Positions 28,601 through 37,524 of a stretch of 64,000 bases of DNA are shown here, in pieces. The notes under the pieces are model-generated. The model was not told where the DNA came from. It did not search any database and saw only the letters and a program-made list of their open reading frames with translations. Numbering within the stretch: the first letter of the stretch is position 1; the number at the start of each line of letters is the position of its first letter. The translations under genes and the position numbers were made by a program. This stretch comes from Bdellovibrionales bacterium RIFOXYD12_FULL_39_22 (GTDB lineage Bacteria > Bdellovibrionota > Bacteriovoracia > Bacteriovoracales > Bacteriovoracaceae): positions 1 through 64,000 of the forward strand of contig MEQL01000050.1 in assembly GCA_001770205.1 (NCBI GenBank), written 5' to 3'.

Positions 28601-28716
28601 TAATTGGCGGAATGATAGTTTCTACCTTGCTTACTTTATTTATTGTCCCTTGTGTTTATTCTCTTCTCGACAGATTTACCAAAAAGGAAAATTTATTTCA
28701 TGAACATCAGCTATGA
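25627..28716 (+). CDS. RND efflux permease (AcrB/AcrD/AcrF family)
   Basis: GASPEVME, GVVVDDAIMVLENI, GIVKKNSILLVEF and RLRPILMT. Start uncertain (25609 or 25627). Confidence 0.95.
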   Translation: MNSSFSLSAIAIRNHVFSWMLMLGLILFGAISFSEMGVSQMPDVDSPMVNISMSLEGASPEVMEIDVVDEIESSLSAVSGIKSMSSSARVGSASITLEFDLDKDIDVAVQEIQTVLSKIQRRLPDGMDPPSIRKSNPEDQPILWISASSSKMSKYDLMTLVRDRVQNRFSTLEGVAEVNLMGLPDPYLRVWLSEKKLDQYQLTVSDVINTIESEHFERPGGRIADERRELNIRTKGEATSLEDFQNITINKRGGSLIYTPIALKEVTAIEVGTEEIRNVSRAQGESAIGIGIKKRPGSNAVKVAKAVKKQIALLTKELPVGVELAIRFDNTIFIEESISELNFTLVLSAILTSLVCWLFLGSFSSTINIVLAIPTSVIGSFIFLRLFGFTLNTFTLLGLSLAIGVVVDDAIMVLENIVRHKQMGKNKVKAALDGSQEIWLAAIATTAAIMAIFIPVAFMDGIIGKYFLQFGVTLSVAVALSLLEAITLTPMRCSRFLEVAPRRSLLGRMMESTILISTTGYKNALTKILNYPVLAIVVASLFFASTLWIGKILKKEFVPEQDQGRLMIRIKTPVGSSFAFTDQKVKAVEEYLATQPDIKSYFTSSGGHGGGGVNSGMAFVTFVDQDKRKHSLKKLQEIFREDLKKIKGARINIQNPSMSFTGGRGGFPVEFSLRGPDWNQLIIYAKRMTQALEESGKLVDVDTNFEDGMPEVQVIPNRERARARGVEIADISQIISTMMGNAVAGKYSKDGRRFDIVVGLPLSDKISIEAIKRIKIRNNRGELIRLSEVVEVVETTGLQAISREDHQRAISIWSNIAQGSSQAEAISEVQKIAKQLLPEGYFVAMSGSAKTFGESFSSLIFALLFGIVISYMILGSQFNSFIHPLTILVALPFSVSGAFIALLMGGQSLNVYSMIGLILLMGIVKKNSILLVEFTNQLKERGRSTHEALLEACPIRLRPILMTSISTVVGAIPPALAIGPGAESRIPMAIAVIGGMIVSTLLTLFIVPCVYSLLDRFTKKENLFHEHQL

Positions 28717-29890
28717 ATCGTTATTACTAGGAATGTTAATTGGTGGTTTGGCGATGCGATTATTTTCTGCAAAGCGTGCGGCCGCTGATTCTATCAGTCT
28801 AAATCGCGAGATTGCGCATTTGGCCACAGAGAAAAAGGTATTAGAGGAGCAACTTGTTTCTTTTAAAAAGCATGTAGACGAACTTTCAGCGCAAAACAAA
28901 TTGCAGTTTGAGAATTTGGCCAATCAGATAATTGAAAATAAATCTAAGAGTTTTACTGAGTACACGGAGAAAACTCTAGAGTCGATGTTAAAACCCTTTA
29001 AAGAAAAAATTACAAATTTTGAAAAAAGTGTGGAAGATAAATATTCCTCCGAGGCCCGAGAGCGCCATGCGCTTAAGTCAGAGATTTTGCGGCTGATAAG
29101 TTTAAATGATCGCATGAGTGAAGAGACCAATTCCCTGGCCCGCGCTTTACGAGGTGATAGTAAAGTGCAAGGAGATTGGGGGGAAATGGTCTTGTCAAAA
29201 ATTTTAGAGGCATCGGGCCTTCGTGAAGGGGAAGATTATATCACGCAGTCATCGCATAAAAATGAAGAAGGAGATCGCTTACGGCCAGATGTGATAATTA
29301 ATCTTCCAGATGAAAAGCATGTAGTGGTTGATGCAAAAGTTTCTTTAAAGGCCTATGATTTACACCATTCTTCCACTGAAGATGTGCAAAAAGAGAAATG
29401 TTTGTCAGAGCATATTCGCTCGATAGACAAACATATAAATGAATTAAGTGAAAAACATTATGATAAATTGAAAGGTCTTAGCTCTCCGGAAATAGTTTTT
29501 ATGTTTGTTCCCATTGAGCCGGCATATCTTTTGGCCATGCATGCTGATGCCGATCTTTCTATGCGTGCCTGGAAAAAAGGTGTGGCCATTGTTACGGCCA
29601 CAACCTTGCTTACCAGTTTGAAAACGGTGGCCTCTATTTGGCGTCTAGAAAGACAGAATAAAAATGCCCAAGAGATTGCGCAAGAAGGAGCGCGTCTTTA
29701 TGATAAGTTTGTGGGGTTTCTAGAGGACTTTGAAAAAATTGGACACATTTTTGAAACGGGAAGCAAACAATTTTCTCAGGCCATGGGCAAACTCAAAGAT
29801 GGGCCAGGTAATGTCTTCCGCAAGATGGAGCTTTTGCGCGAACTAGGCGCTTCTCCCAATAAGAAGATTCGCCAAGATTTATTAGAGTAA
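28700..29890 (+). CDS. rmuC: DNA recombination protein RmuC
   Basis: N-terminal TM plus coiled coil, QGDWGEMVL, RPDVII.LP...VVDAKVSL and FMFVPIE. Confidence 0.93.
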   Translation: MNISYESLLLGMLIGGLAMRLFSAKRAAADSISLNREIAHLATEKKVLEEQLVSFKKHVDELSAQNKLQFENLANQIIENKSKSFTEYTEKTLESMLKPFKEKITNFEKSVEDKYSSEARERHALKSEILRLISLNDRMSEETNSLARALRGDSKVQGDWGEMVLSKILEASGLREGEDYITQSSHKNEEGDRLRPDVIINLPDEKHVVVDAKVSLKAYDLHHSSTEDVQKEKCLSEHIRSIDKHINELSEKHYDKLKGLSSPEIVFMFVPIEPAYLLAMHADADLSMRAWKKGVAIVTATTLLTSLKTVASIWRLERQNKNAQEIAQEGARLYDKFVGFLEDFEKIGHIFETGSKQFSQAMGKLKDGPGNVFRKMELLRELGASPNKKIRQDLLE

Positions 29891-29985
29891 CTCAATCATT
29901 TTGGTAATAAAAAAGTTAGTGCCATAGACCAAATATTTTAGTAGACTCGGCCACAAATTGATTTAACCTCAAGGAGAGAGATACT

Positions 29986-32547
29986 ATGAAGATTCATTCA
30001 TTTACCGCTGTTCCTACAACGCCAACCCAATTGGCACCCTTGCTTGAAATTGCTTCTAATTTGTGGTTTTCCTGGAATTGGGATGCCACCCAACTTTTTT
30101 CCATGATTGATCCAGATTTGTGGGAAGAGTGTCATAAAAATCCTATTAAAATGCTCTGTAGTGTTTCTAATAAACGCTTGGAAGAACTTTCCAAAGATGA
30201 TGATTATGTGGCCGAAGTACAAGCAGTACATGCTGCCTATAAGAAATATCTGGAATCTAAAACTTGGTTTGATGGCAAATATGGGGGGCGAGAGAAAAAA
30301 GTTATTGCCTATTTTTCTTGCGAGTTTGGCATTCATGAATCACTTCCAATCTATTCTGGAGGCCTAGGAGTTTTGGCCGGAGATCATCTTAAGTCGGCCA
30401 GTGATTTAGGTGTTCCGCTAGTGGCAGTAGGATTTTTATATCGAGAGGGATACTTTCGCCAGGGACTAAATAGCGATGGCATGCAGCAAGAGTTTTATCC
30501 GGAAAATGATAAATTTTCGCTGCCAGTTATGTTGGAAAAAGATAGCTCTGGCAATCCACTGATACTTTCCATGGACATTGGAGGAGATGAAGTTTTTTAT
30601 CAGATTTGGAAAGTGATGGTAGGTCGAGTCACTCTTTACTTGTTAGATACCAATTTGAATTCAAATATTCCTAAGCATCGCGATATTACCAAGCGTCTTT
30701 ATGATGCCGGCCGTGATATTCGCTTGCGACAGGAAATTTTACTTGGAATGGGGGGAGTAAAGGCGCTTAAGGCACTGGGAATAACACCTGCAGTTTATCA
30801 TATCAATGAAGGACACTCGGCCTTTTTAATTTTAGAAAGATTGCGCGAATTAATGGAAGGCCATTTTTTAACTTTTGCGGAAGCGCGAGAGATTGTTTGG
30901 GCCACGAGCGTTTTTACCACTCACACACCAGTACCGGCCGGTAACGAGCGCTTTGATATTAATTTGATCAAGCAATATTTGGGAACCTTTATTCAGAAAA
31001 GGTTGGGATTAGAGTGGTTAGACTTCTTGGCCATGGGCCGCGAAGATACTTCTAATATGGAAGAGGAGTTTTGTTTAACAGTTTTGGCATTGAAATTTTC
31101 TGCGCATTGTAATGGAGTGGCCAAATTGCATGGTGATGTCTCTCGTGAAATGTGGAAAAAATTATACAAAGATGTTCCGCAAGACGAAATTCCCATTCGT
31201 CATGTTACCAACGGAGTACATTCTAAAACCTGGTTGTCCAAAGAATTTGAGCAACTTTTTGCTAGATATCAGAGAACTTCTTATGTGCGGGAGATTTCTG
31301 ATTTTACCATGTGGCGTTCTATTGATGATGTTCCAGAGGCGGAATTGTGGCGTTTACATGTTGAGCGAAAGCAGAAATTGGTAGAGTACGTGCGCAAAAG
31401 GTTAAAGTTTCAATTGCAGCGCCGTAGTGCTTCAGCGGCGGAGATTAATCGTATCAAAGATGTTTTAGATCCAGAAGTATTGACCATTGGCTTTGCTCGG
31501 CGTTTTGCCCCTTATAAGCGTGGCTCGTTACTTTTTTATGACACTGAACGTGTTGCCAAAATTGTAAATAGCGAAGGACGGCCAGTGCAATTTATTTTTG
31601 CAGGCAAGGCCCATCCTGCAGATACCAAAGGAAAAGAAATTATTAAGGCCATTGCAGATAAAATCAAAGATCCAGAGTTTAATCAGCGTGTGGTTTTTTT
31701 GGAAGATTACGATATCGATATTGCGCGCTATATGGTGCAAGGAGTGGACGTGTGGCTAAATACTCCTCGGCGGCCAATGGAGGCATCGGGAACTTCGGGA
31801 ATGAAGGCGGCCATGAATGGAGCGCTGAATCTTTCTATACTCGATGGATGGTGGGATGAGGCCTTTAATGGAGAGAATGGCTGGGCCATTGGCCATGGGG
31901 AAATGTATAAAGATTTAGACCAACAAGATGAGATTGAGGCAAATTTATTATATCGGGCCATTGAAGATGAAGTTGCTCCGCTTTATTACAAGCGCAACGA
32001 TAAAGGATTGCCAGCACAGTGGATCACTATGATGAAAAATACCATTGAGTCTTGTGGTTCGCAATATAACACCCATCGTATGTTGGTAGACTATGTTGAA
32101 AAATATTATCTTAAGGCCGAAAAGTTGGCCGGAATGCTAAGTAGCAATGACTATGTTGAGGCAAAAAATCTATCGCGTTGGCATAAAATGATGGAGCAGG
32201 CCTGGAAGGATATCAAAATTGTTCACGTTGATGCTCCGGACACCGATTCGATTTTATCCGGCCACAGTGTATCAATCAAATCCAAAATAATATTGGGGGC
32301 CATTAGGGCAGAAGATGTAAAAGTAGAAGTCTATCATGGCATTTTAGATATCAATGGAGATAAAATTATTGGCCCGCAAAGAACTCAAATGGAAAAGATT
32401 GCAACAGAGGGAGAGCTTACTATTTTTGAGGCCAAAATTCCTTGTGATCGAGGAGGCCGTTACGGTTATACGGTAAGAGTTTTGTTGGGCAATAAACATT
32501 TGGCCGAAGAATTTGTTCCTACTTTTATTAAGTGGGAGAGTGAGTAA
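29986..32547 (+). CDS. glgP: Alpha-glucan (glycogen/maltodextrin) phosphorylase
   Basis: YSGGLGVLAGD, HINEGH, FTTHTPV, VTNGVH, GFARRF and the PLP-Lys motif EASGTSGMKA. Confidence 0.96.
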   Translation: MKIHSFTAVPTTPTQLAPLLEIASNLWFSWNWDATQLFSMIDPDLWEECHKNPIKMLCSVSNKRLEELSKDDDYVAEVQAVHAAYKKYLESKTWFDGKYGGREKKVIAYFSCEFGIHESLPIYSGGLGVLAGDHLKSASDLGVPLVAVGFLYREGYFRQGLNSDGMQQEFYPENDKFSLPVMLEKDSSGNPLILSMDIGGDEVFYQIWKVMVGRVTLYLLDTNLNSNIPKHRDITKRLYDAGRDIRLRQEILLGMGGVKALKALGITPAVYHINEGHSAFLILERLRELMEGHFLTFAEAREIVWATSVFTTHTPVPAGNERFDINLIKQYLGTFIQKRLGLEWLDFLAMGREDTSNMEEEFCLTVLALKFSAHCNGVAKLHGDVSREMWKKLYKDVPQDEIPIRHVTNGVHSKTWLSKEFEQLFARYQRTSYVREISDFTMWRSIDDVPEAELWRLHVERKQKLVEYVRKRLKFQLQRRSASAAEINRIKDVLDPEVLTIGFARRFAPYKRGSLLFYDTERVAKIVNSEGRPVQFIFAGKAHPADTKGKEIIKAIADKIKDPEFNQRVVFLEDYDIDIARYMVQGVDVWLNTPRRPMEASGTSGMKAAMNGALNLSILDGWWDEAFNGENGWAIGHGEMYKDLDQQDEIEANLLYRAIEDEVAPLYYKRNDKGLPAQWITMMKNTIESCGSQYNTHRMLVDYVEKYYLKAEKLAGMLSSNDYVEAKNLSRWHKMMEQAWKDIKIVHVDAPDTDSILSGHSVSIKSKIILGAIRAEDVKVEVYHGILDINGDKIIGPQRTQMEKIATEGELTIFEAKIPCDRGGRYGYTVRVLLGNKHLAEEFVPTFIKWESE

Positions 32548-32550
32548 AAC

Positions 32551-33687
32551 GTGGGGAATAATTATCGTATCGTTGAGGTGACGAATCAAAAACTGTTAAA
32601 TCAGTGGATTCAATTTCCCTATGATTTTTACCTCAAAGAATTAAAAGATCCTAATTATATCCCACAAATTAAAATTGATGAAAAAAGTTTTTTTGATGCT
32701 AAAAAAAATCCGGCCTTTAAAATTGCCAAAGTGAAATTTTTTCTAGCGTATGCTGAGCAAATAGTAGTTGGCCGGATTTGTGCGATAATTCATTTATTAG
32801 AAGAGAAAAAACTAGGCCGTCGCCGTGGCCGTTTTGGTTGGATTGAATTCATTGATAATGAAGAAATTTCTTCTCTGCTTTTAGGAGCAGCTCGTAGTTG
32901 GCTAGTTGCGGAAGGTGCCATAGAGATGACGGGCCCTCATGGTTTTACCGATTTAGATCCTGAGGGGCTTTTAATCGATGGGTTTAATGAATTACCAACA
33001 GTTAGTGGTAGCTATAATTTGCCTTATTACCAACGCCATTTTGAAAAGTTTGGCCTTGTGAAAGATGCGGATTATGTGGAGTATCGAGTAAATTTTCCGG
33101 CCAATGATCCCTTTTTAGAGAAAATGGTCGCACTATTAGAAAGAGATAGTGAGTATAAATTAATTACTTTGCGTAACCGCAAAGAATTAATGTCACGAAC
33201 CGATGCTTTATGGGATCTACTGGAGGAGTCTTTTAAACATCTTTATGGAGTAACTCCGCTTTCTTTGGAGCAACAAAAGTTTTATACCCAAAAATATCTA
33301 TCTTTTTTAGATTTAGAATTTGTAAAAATGGTAGAGGATAAAAAAGGAAAATTGATAGGCTTTTTCATTGGAATGCCGAATGTTAGTAACAGTTTTAAAC
33401 GGGCCGGCGGTAATCTTTTGCCATTTGGTCTGTTTCATATTTTAAGAGAGTTTAAAAATTCAAAGGGCGTAGATTTCTTATTAGCGGGAGTTCATCCCGA
33501 GCATCCGAAAAAAAAGATTTTCTTATATTTAGTCGCGGCCATGTATCGCTCTTGCCGAGATCGCGGAATTAAATTTTTAGAGACCAATCGTGAGTTAGTA
33601 GAGAATAAGACTGTTAGTGGAATGTGGACACGCTTTGATTCAAGACTACATCGAAAAACTAGAATATTTAAACTGCCGCTGGAATAG
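32551..33687 (+). CDS. GNAT-fold N-acetyltransferase-like protein (YghO-like)
   Basis: VVGRI, GRFGWIEF, GP.GFTD...EGLLIDGF, YNLPYY and GNLLPFG. GTG start 3 nt after glgP. Confidence 0.75.
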   Translation: MGNNYRIVEVTNQKLLNQWIQFPYDFYLKELKDPNYIPQIKIDEKSFFDAKKNPAFKIAKVKFFLAYAEQIVVGRICAIIHLLEEKKLGRRRGRFGWIEFIDNEEISSLLLGAARSWLVAEGAIEMTGPHGFTDLDPEGLLIDGFNELPTVSGSYNLPYYQRHFEKFGLVKDADYVEYRVNFPANDPFLEKMVALLERDSEYKLITLRNRKELMSRTDALWDLLEESFKHLYGVTPLSLEQQKFYTQKYLSFLDLEFVKMVEDKKGKLIGFFIGMPNVSNSFKRAGGNLLPFGLFHILREFKNSKGVDFLLAGVHPEHPKKKIFLYLVAAMYRSCRDRGIKFLETNRELVENKTVSGMWTRFDSRLHRKTRIFKLPLE

Positions 33688-33715
33688 GCCAAGAGCAAAG
33701 TTGAGAATTAGCAAG

Positions 33716-35443
33716 ATGACTTCTAAAAATAGTATTATCGATAATTTGATTGGAGAGGCGCAAAGTTATACTTCTTTAGAGGTAATGGAGCGGATGATTC
33801 AAGACGGTGCCGATTTATCGGCGCATGCTATCTCACCACTATATCTGATTGTAAAAAAAATGAATCCCAATGAGTTGGCCCATCACTTACATCTTTTTAG
33901 TTCAGAGCAGCGACAGATTTTTTTAGATATGGACTTATGGCTTAAAGATGATTTGGATGTGGATAATTTTAATTATTGGATTAGATGTTATGCGGTATGT
34001 GAAAACGAAAATATTCGTGCAGAATTTATTGGGAGTTCTGAATTTGCGGTTTACTTAAAGGGCCGTTTTAATATTTGGACTTTTGACGCAGAAGATCCGC
34101 AATATCCAGAACATGATAATTACTTTTTAACTCCAGATACTCAACTTCTAGTGGAGTTTGATGAAGATTATGAGTATGTGCGAGAGCTAAAGGAATTAAT
34201 TGTGGCCCTCTACGCGGAGAGAGGAGTGGAAGATGCCTATGCCTATCTTTTTAAATTAGTCTCAGATAGTTTTTCTATTTTACAAGAAGAGGAATACGAA
34301 CAGAAAAAATCACGAATGAGTGATTATGGTTTTGTTGATTATTTTGAAGCGTTAGAAGTTGATAACATTTTTCCTAGCATGGAGATGTTGCAAAATTTTG
34401 TTATAAGAAAAAAGAGTATTACCGGCAATCTTGACGATTTAAGCAAGCTGCAGGCCCTTCCTAAAGCTGCACTGGTGGCCTTTAGTGACAAACTTGGAGA
34501 CATCAATAGTGAGTTGGCCAAAGTTGTAGATGATAAGCGCGTTGAATTTTTGCGATTTAATTTTATTAAGCTGGTCAATGCTACCATGTCATTAACCAAT
34601 GCGTTGCAAGAAGGCCAAGTGGCCATGACGAGAGTGGGAAATAAAACCAGAAATCTTCTAAGTCTTGGGATGAGCTATATTAATCAAAAGGCGCAGGCAG
34701 GGGAATTAGAAGAGTTGTTAAATGATAAAAGTATTTTTGATTTTTTTACTTTTGCAGATCTTTATAAAATAGGGAACACCTTAATTAAGCTTAATCAAAA
34801 GATGGCCAGAAAAAATCTATCACTTCACGGAATTAATGAACACAATGAGAGTTTTTTAGGGAAATTTTGGCTGGAGTTTTTGGACTTTACCTTTGATACA
34901 AGTCATGCGGTTGCTGATAAGCTAGGACATACCTCGAAAAATATTGTTGACATGCAACATTATGGTGAGTGGACTTCTTTGCTTAATTTATTCGGGGCAA
35001 TGCTTCCTTTTATTAAGCAATTTTTGACTTCCGTAGAAAAGCTTAAGAAAAGTCAGAAGTTACGCGATGAATTTTATATTAACTATACGGTGGAAGAAAT
35101 TGATTTTGAGGCCATCATTCTTAGTAATTTTTATAATTATTTATTAGGCAATTTCGAAGGGACAAAGGGCAAACGTAAAAAATTAGGAGTGACGATTAGT
35201 GATTTCAAAAAAATTTCTACCGATTTATTAGATGGCAAAGGAAAATTAAAGGAGAGCTATCTTAAAAAAAAGGTAAAGAGTATGGCCCTTAAATTTGGGC
35301 TAGATGTTGTGTTGGATTTTGATAAATATTTTATCGCTCTACTAAAAGAGCATATTGAAGGATATGAGTTTGAAGAGATGAGTGCGGATGATTATAAACA
35401 TGTTGGTGGCCCGATAATTTTCAATATATTGATCAGTTCATAG
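33716..35443 (+). CDS. Conserved acidic hypothetical protein (DUF6178-like)
   Basis: EQRQIFLDMDLW, FLTPD...VEF, EEEYE....RMSDYGFVDYFEAL. Family recalled, not searched. Confidence 0.65.
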   Translation: MTSKNSIIDNLIGEAQSYTSLEVMERMIQDGADLSAHAISPLYLIVKKMNPNELAHHLHLFSSEQRQIFLDMDLWLKDDLDVDNFNYWIRCYAVCENENIRAEFIGSSEFAVYLKGRFNIWTFDAEDPQYPEHDNYFLTPDTQLLVEFDEDYEYVRELKELIVALYAERGVEDAYAYLFKLVSDSFSILQEEEYEQKKSRMSDYGFVDYFEALEVDNIFPSMEMLQNFVIRKKSITGNLDDLSKLQALPKAALVAFSDKLGDINSELAKVVDDKRVEFLRFNFIKLVNATMSLTNALQEGQVAMTRVGNKTRNLLSLGMSYINQKAQAGELEELLNDKSIFDFFTFADLYKIGNTLIKLNQKMARKNLSLHGINEHNESFLGKFWLEFLDFTFDTSHAVADKLGHTSKNIVDMQHYGEWTSLLNLFGAMLPFIKQFLTSVEKLKKSQKLRDEFYINYTVEEIDFEAIILSNFYNYLLGNFEGTKGKRKKLGVTISDFKKISTDLLDGKGKLKESYLKKKVKSMALKFGLDVVLDFDKYFIALLKEHIEGYEFEEMSADDYKHVGGPIIFNILISS

Positions 35444-35638
35444 CGTATATCGTAAATTTTTTTTACCAAAAAAAATTCGCTGACACTATATAGATTTTAC
35501 TAGTTAATAAGAATATCCTTGATATTTATTTTATAGTTGATATATTAGTTCCTGAACAGAAACAGAATTACAGTGATTGAGAAAAATGGGAATGGCCTGA
35601 GTTTTAAATATCAATTTAATGAAAAGGAGAGAAAAATT

Positions 35639-35953
35639 ATGAAAAAGTTATTAATAGTACTGACTTTTTTAATGTCGATGTCGTCATTTGCGCAATTGGA
35701 TTGTACTTTGGAGTTAAAAAAAATCTTATCGGATAAATTGCCGGATTTAGAAGTTTATTCAACGAAATATGTTGGCACTATTGCTCCTCATAGCGATCTT
35801 CCTTACTATCAGGGTGAAATTTGGAATGATACGGATGAAGAACTTGGTATTTTCGAAATTAAGGCCACATATATGGCGAAATTTACTTACGTAGCTCTTT
35901 TAAGAGAGAATTGCCAAGCTGTAAAATTAATCGAAGTCGGCTTTGATGACTAA
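35639..35953 (+). CDS. Small secreted hypothetical protein
   Basis: AAGGAG ribosome-binding site, signal peptide MKKLLIVLTFLMSMSSFA, two Cys. Confidence 0.78.
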   Translation: MKKLLIVLTFLMSMSSFAQLDCTLELKKILSDKLPDLEVYSTKYVGTIAPHSDLPYYQGEIWNDTDEELGIFEIKATYMAKFTYVALLRENCQAVKLIEVGFDD

Positions 35954-35962
35954 AAAGATGGC

Positions 35963-36892
35963 CTATAAAACACTGGGCGATGGATTGGCCAGTGTTCCCG
36001 AAATTTTGATTTTATAGAAGCCATTTTCCGCAGTTTTTCCTCCCAAAAATAGATTCAAAATAGCAAAGTCATTTATAAAACTTTCAGAGAATTTAATTTC
36101 GCCAGTCATATCTAAAATAGATTGATTAAAGGCCTGCGGGTTTATGGAAATGCGGCCATAGAGATTGGCAGTTATGGGGGAGTTTTCCGTTCCGATAACA
36201 ATATTTTCAATATCCAAACTGTTTCCACTGTATTTACCTTTCAACGATAAAGTTCCAATTGGTAATGCTGGAATGGCCAGGCCATTAAAGTTTTGAGGTG
36301 GGATGAGGAAATTATTTGATTTAATTAAAAACTGTGCCTCTGTCAAAGTGGAACTTTTTAAGGAAAGAAGTGAGGTGATATTGAAAGTTCCGTTGAGATT
36401 TATGGGTAATGCCGCTACTTTGCCAATGGTGTTAGAGGTTATTGTTGTATCTTCAATTTTTAATAAAGTCTGATTTAAAGATAGTGAGGAGTATATGTTT
36501 ACGAAACTATCTTCATGTGTCGCATGGAGCTTAAATTTTACGCCAACAGGGTAGAAGCTGGGGCCGCGAAAACTAATTTCTGCATAAGGTAGCTCTATCG
36601 GGGTTGGTGTCGGCATTTGCAAACAGCTTGCAGGTAGTGAAATGTGTTCTAAGTATATTTTGGGAAGTAGAAAAGATACTCCTAGTTTTTGATAGGCGAT
36701 AGGACATCCCGGGTTAGAAGTAATCATTCTACCCATAACCTGCTTAATTGTTCTTTGCACAGGAAAATTCCAGATTATTCCGATGGCCGCAATAATTATA
36801 ACAAGAGAGGTGATCAGAAATTTATTAATATGATCAAGCTCATAAATTTTTTCATCAAGAGAATTTTCTGCTATCTGTTTATTGCTCTTCAT
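35963..36892 (-). CDS. gspN: Type II secretion protein N
   Basis: Last gene of the gsp cluster; N-terminal TM plus FP, beta-rich body and C-terminal ISGTLANP. Confidence 0.75.
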   Translation of the reverse strand: MKSNKQIAENSLDEKIYELDHINKFLITSLVIIIAAIGIIWNFPVQRTIKQVMGRMITSNPGCPIAYQKLGVSFLLPKIYLEHISLPASCLQMPTPTPIELPYAEISFRGPSFYPVGVKFKLHATHEDSFVNIYSSLSLNQTLLKIEDTTITSNTIGKVAALPINLNGTFNITSLLSLKSSTLTEAQFLIKSNNFLIPPQNFNGLAIPALPIGTLSLKGKYSGNSLDIENIVIGTENSPITANLYGRISINPQAFNQSILDMTGEIKFSESFINDFAILNLFLGGKTAENGFYKIKISGTLANPSPSVL

Positions 36893-37514
36893 ACTGATAT
36901 TGTTGAATTCGGTTGAAAATTACTAGATGAATATCGCCCTTGATTGTTTGATTGGCGGGATTTCTATTAATATTGAGGTTATGGATATTTATTTTTTCGC
37001 TAATTAGGGCGGTGATAAAAGCGGCAAAGTCTTCCATCGAGAAGTCACTAAAATTTAGATCCGCACTAACTTGTGTGATGCTGCCCCAGGATTCATCAGT
37101 ATTGAAGTTGGCCACCGAAGCGTTGCGTGCCGATACTTTGAGGCCGTTTAAAACGGACTCAATTTTGGTGGTTAACTCTTCCGCACTTTTTATCTCTTGA
37201 GTGGCCATCATATTATCCATGGCGTTTAAGATATTTTTGTTTTTTAAATAGAGATCAATGTTTTCTTTGATGAGATACTTTTCATCCAAATCACTGCGTA
37301 AAGAGCAGTTTGCCATCAGAAGCAAAGTAGTTATGAAAAGGGGTAGGAAAATTATGGAAAAAGAGGCCACTTGATAGGTGATTTTTTGTGCTGAGCTATT
37401 TAGCGCAGAAACGCGATCTATTATTTGCAGATAAAATGAATTAGCTTTCAATAGATCCAATTGTTGAAAAAGATATATATCTAGTGGTTTTAGAAAGGCA
37501 AAAAGCTTCATCAT
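36879..37514 (-). CDS. gspM: Type II secretion protein M-like
   Basis: Single TM, coiled coil and ferredoxin-like C-terminus, located between gspL and gspN. Confidence 0.6.
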   Translation of the reverse strand: MMKLFAFLKPLDIYLFQQLDLLKANSFYLQIIDRVSALNSSAQKITYQVASFSIIFLPLFITTLLLMANCSLRSDLDEKYLIKENIDLYLKNKNILNAMDNMMATQEIKSAEELTTKIESVLNGLKVSARNASVANFNTDESWGSITQVSADLNFSDFSMEDFAAFITALISEKINIHNLNINRNPANQTIKGDIHLVIFNRIQQYQYEEQ

Positions 37515-37524
37515 ATTCTGGCCG

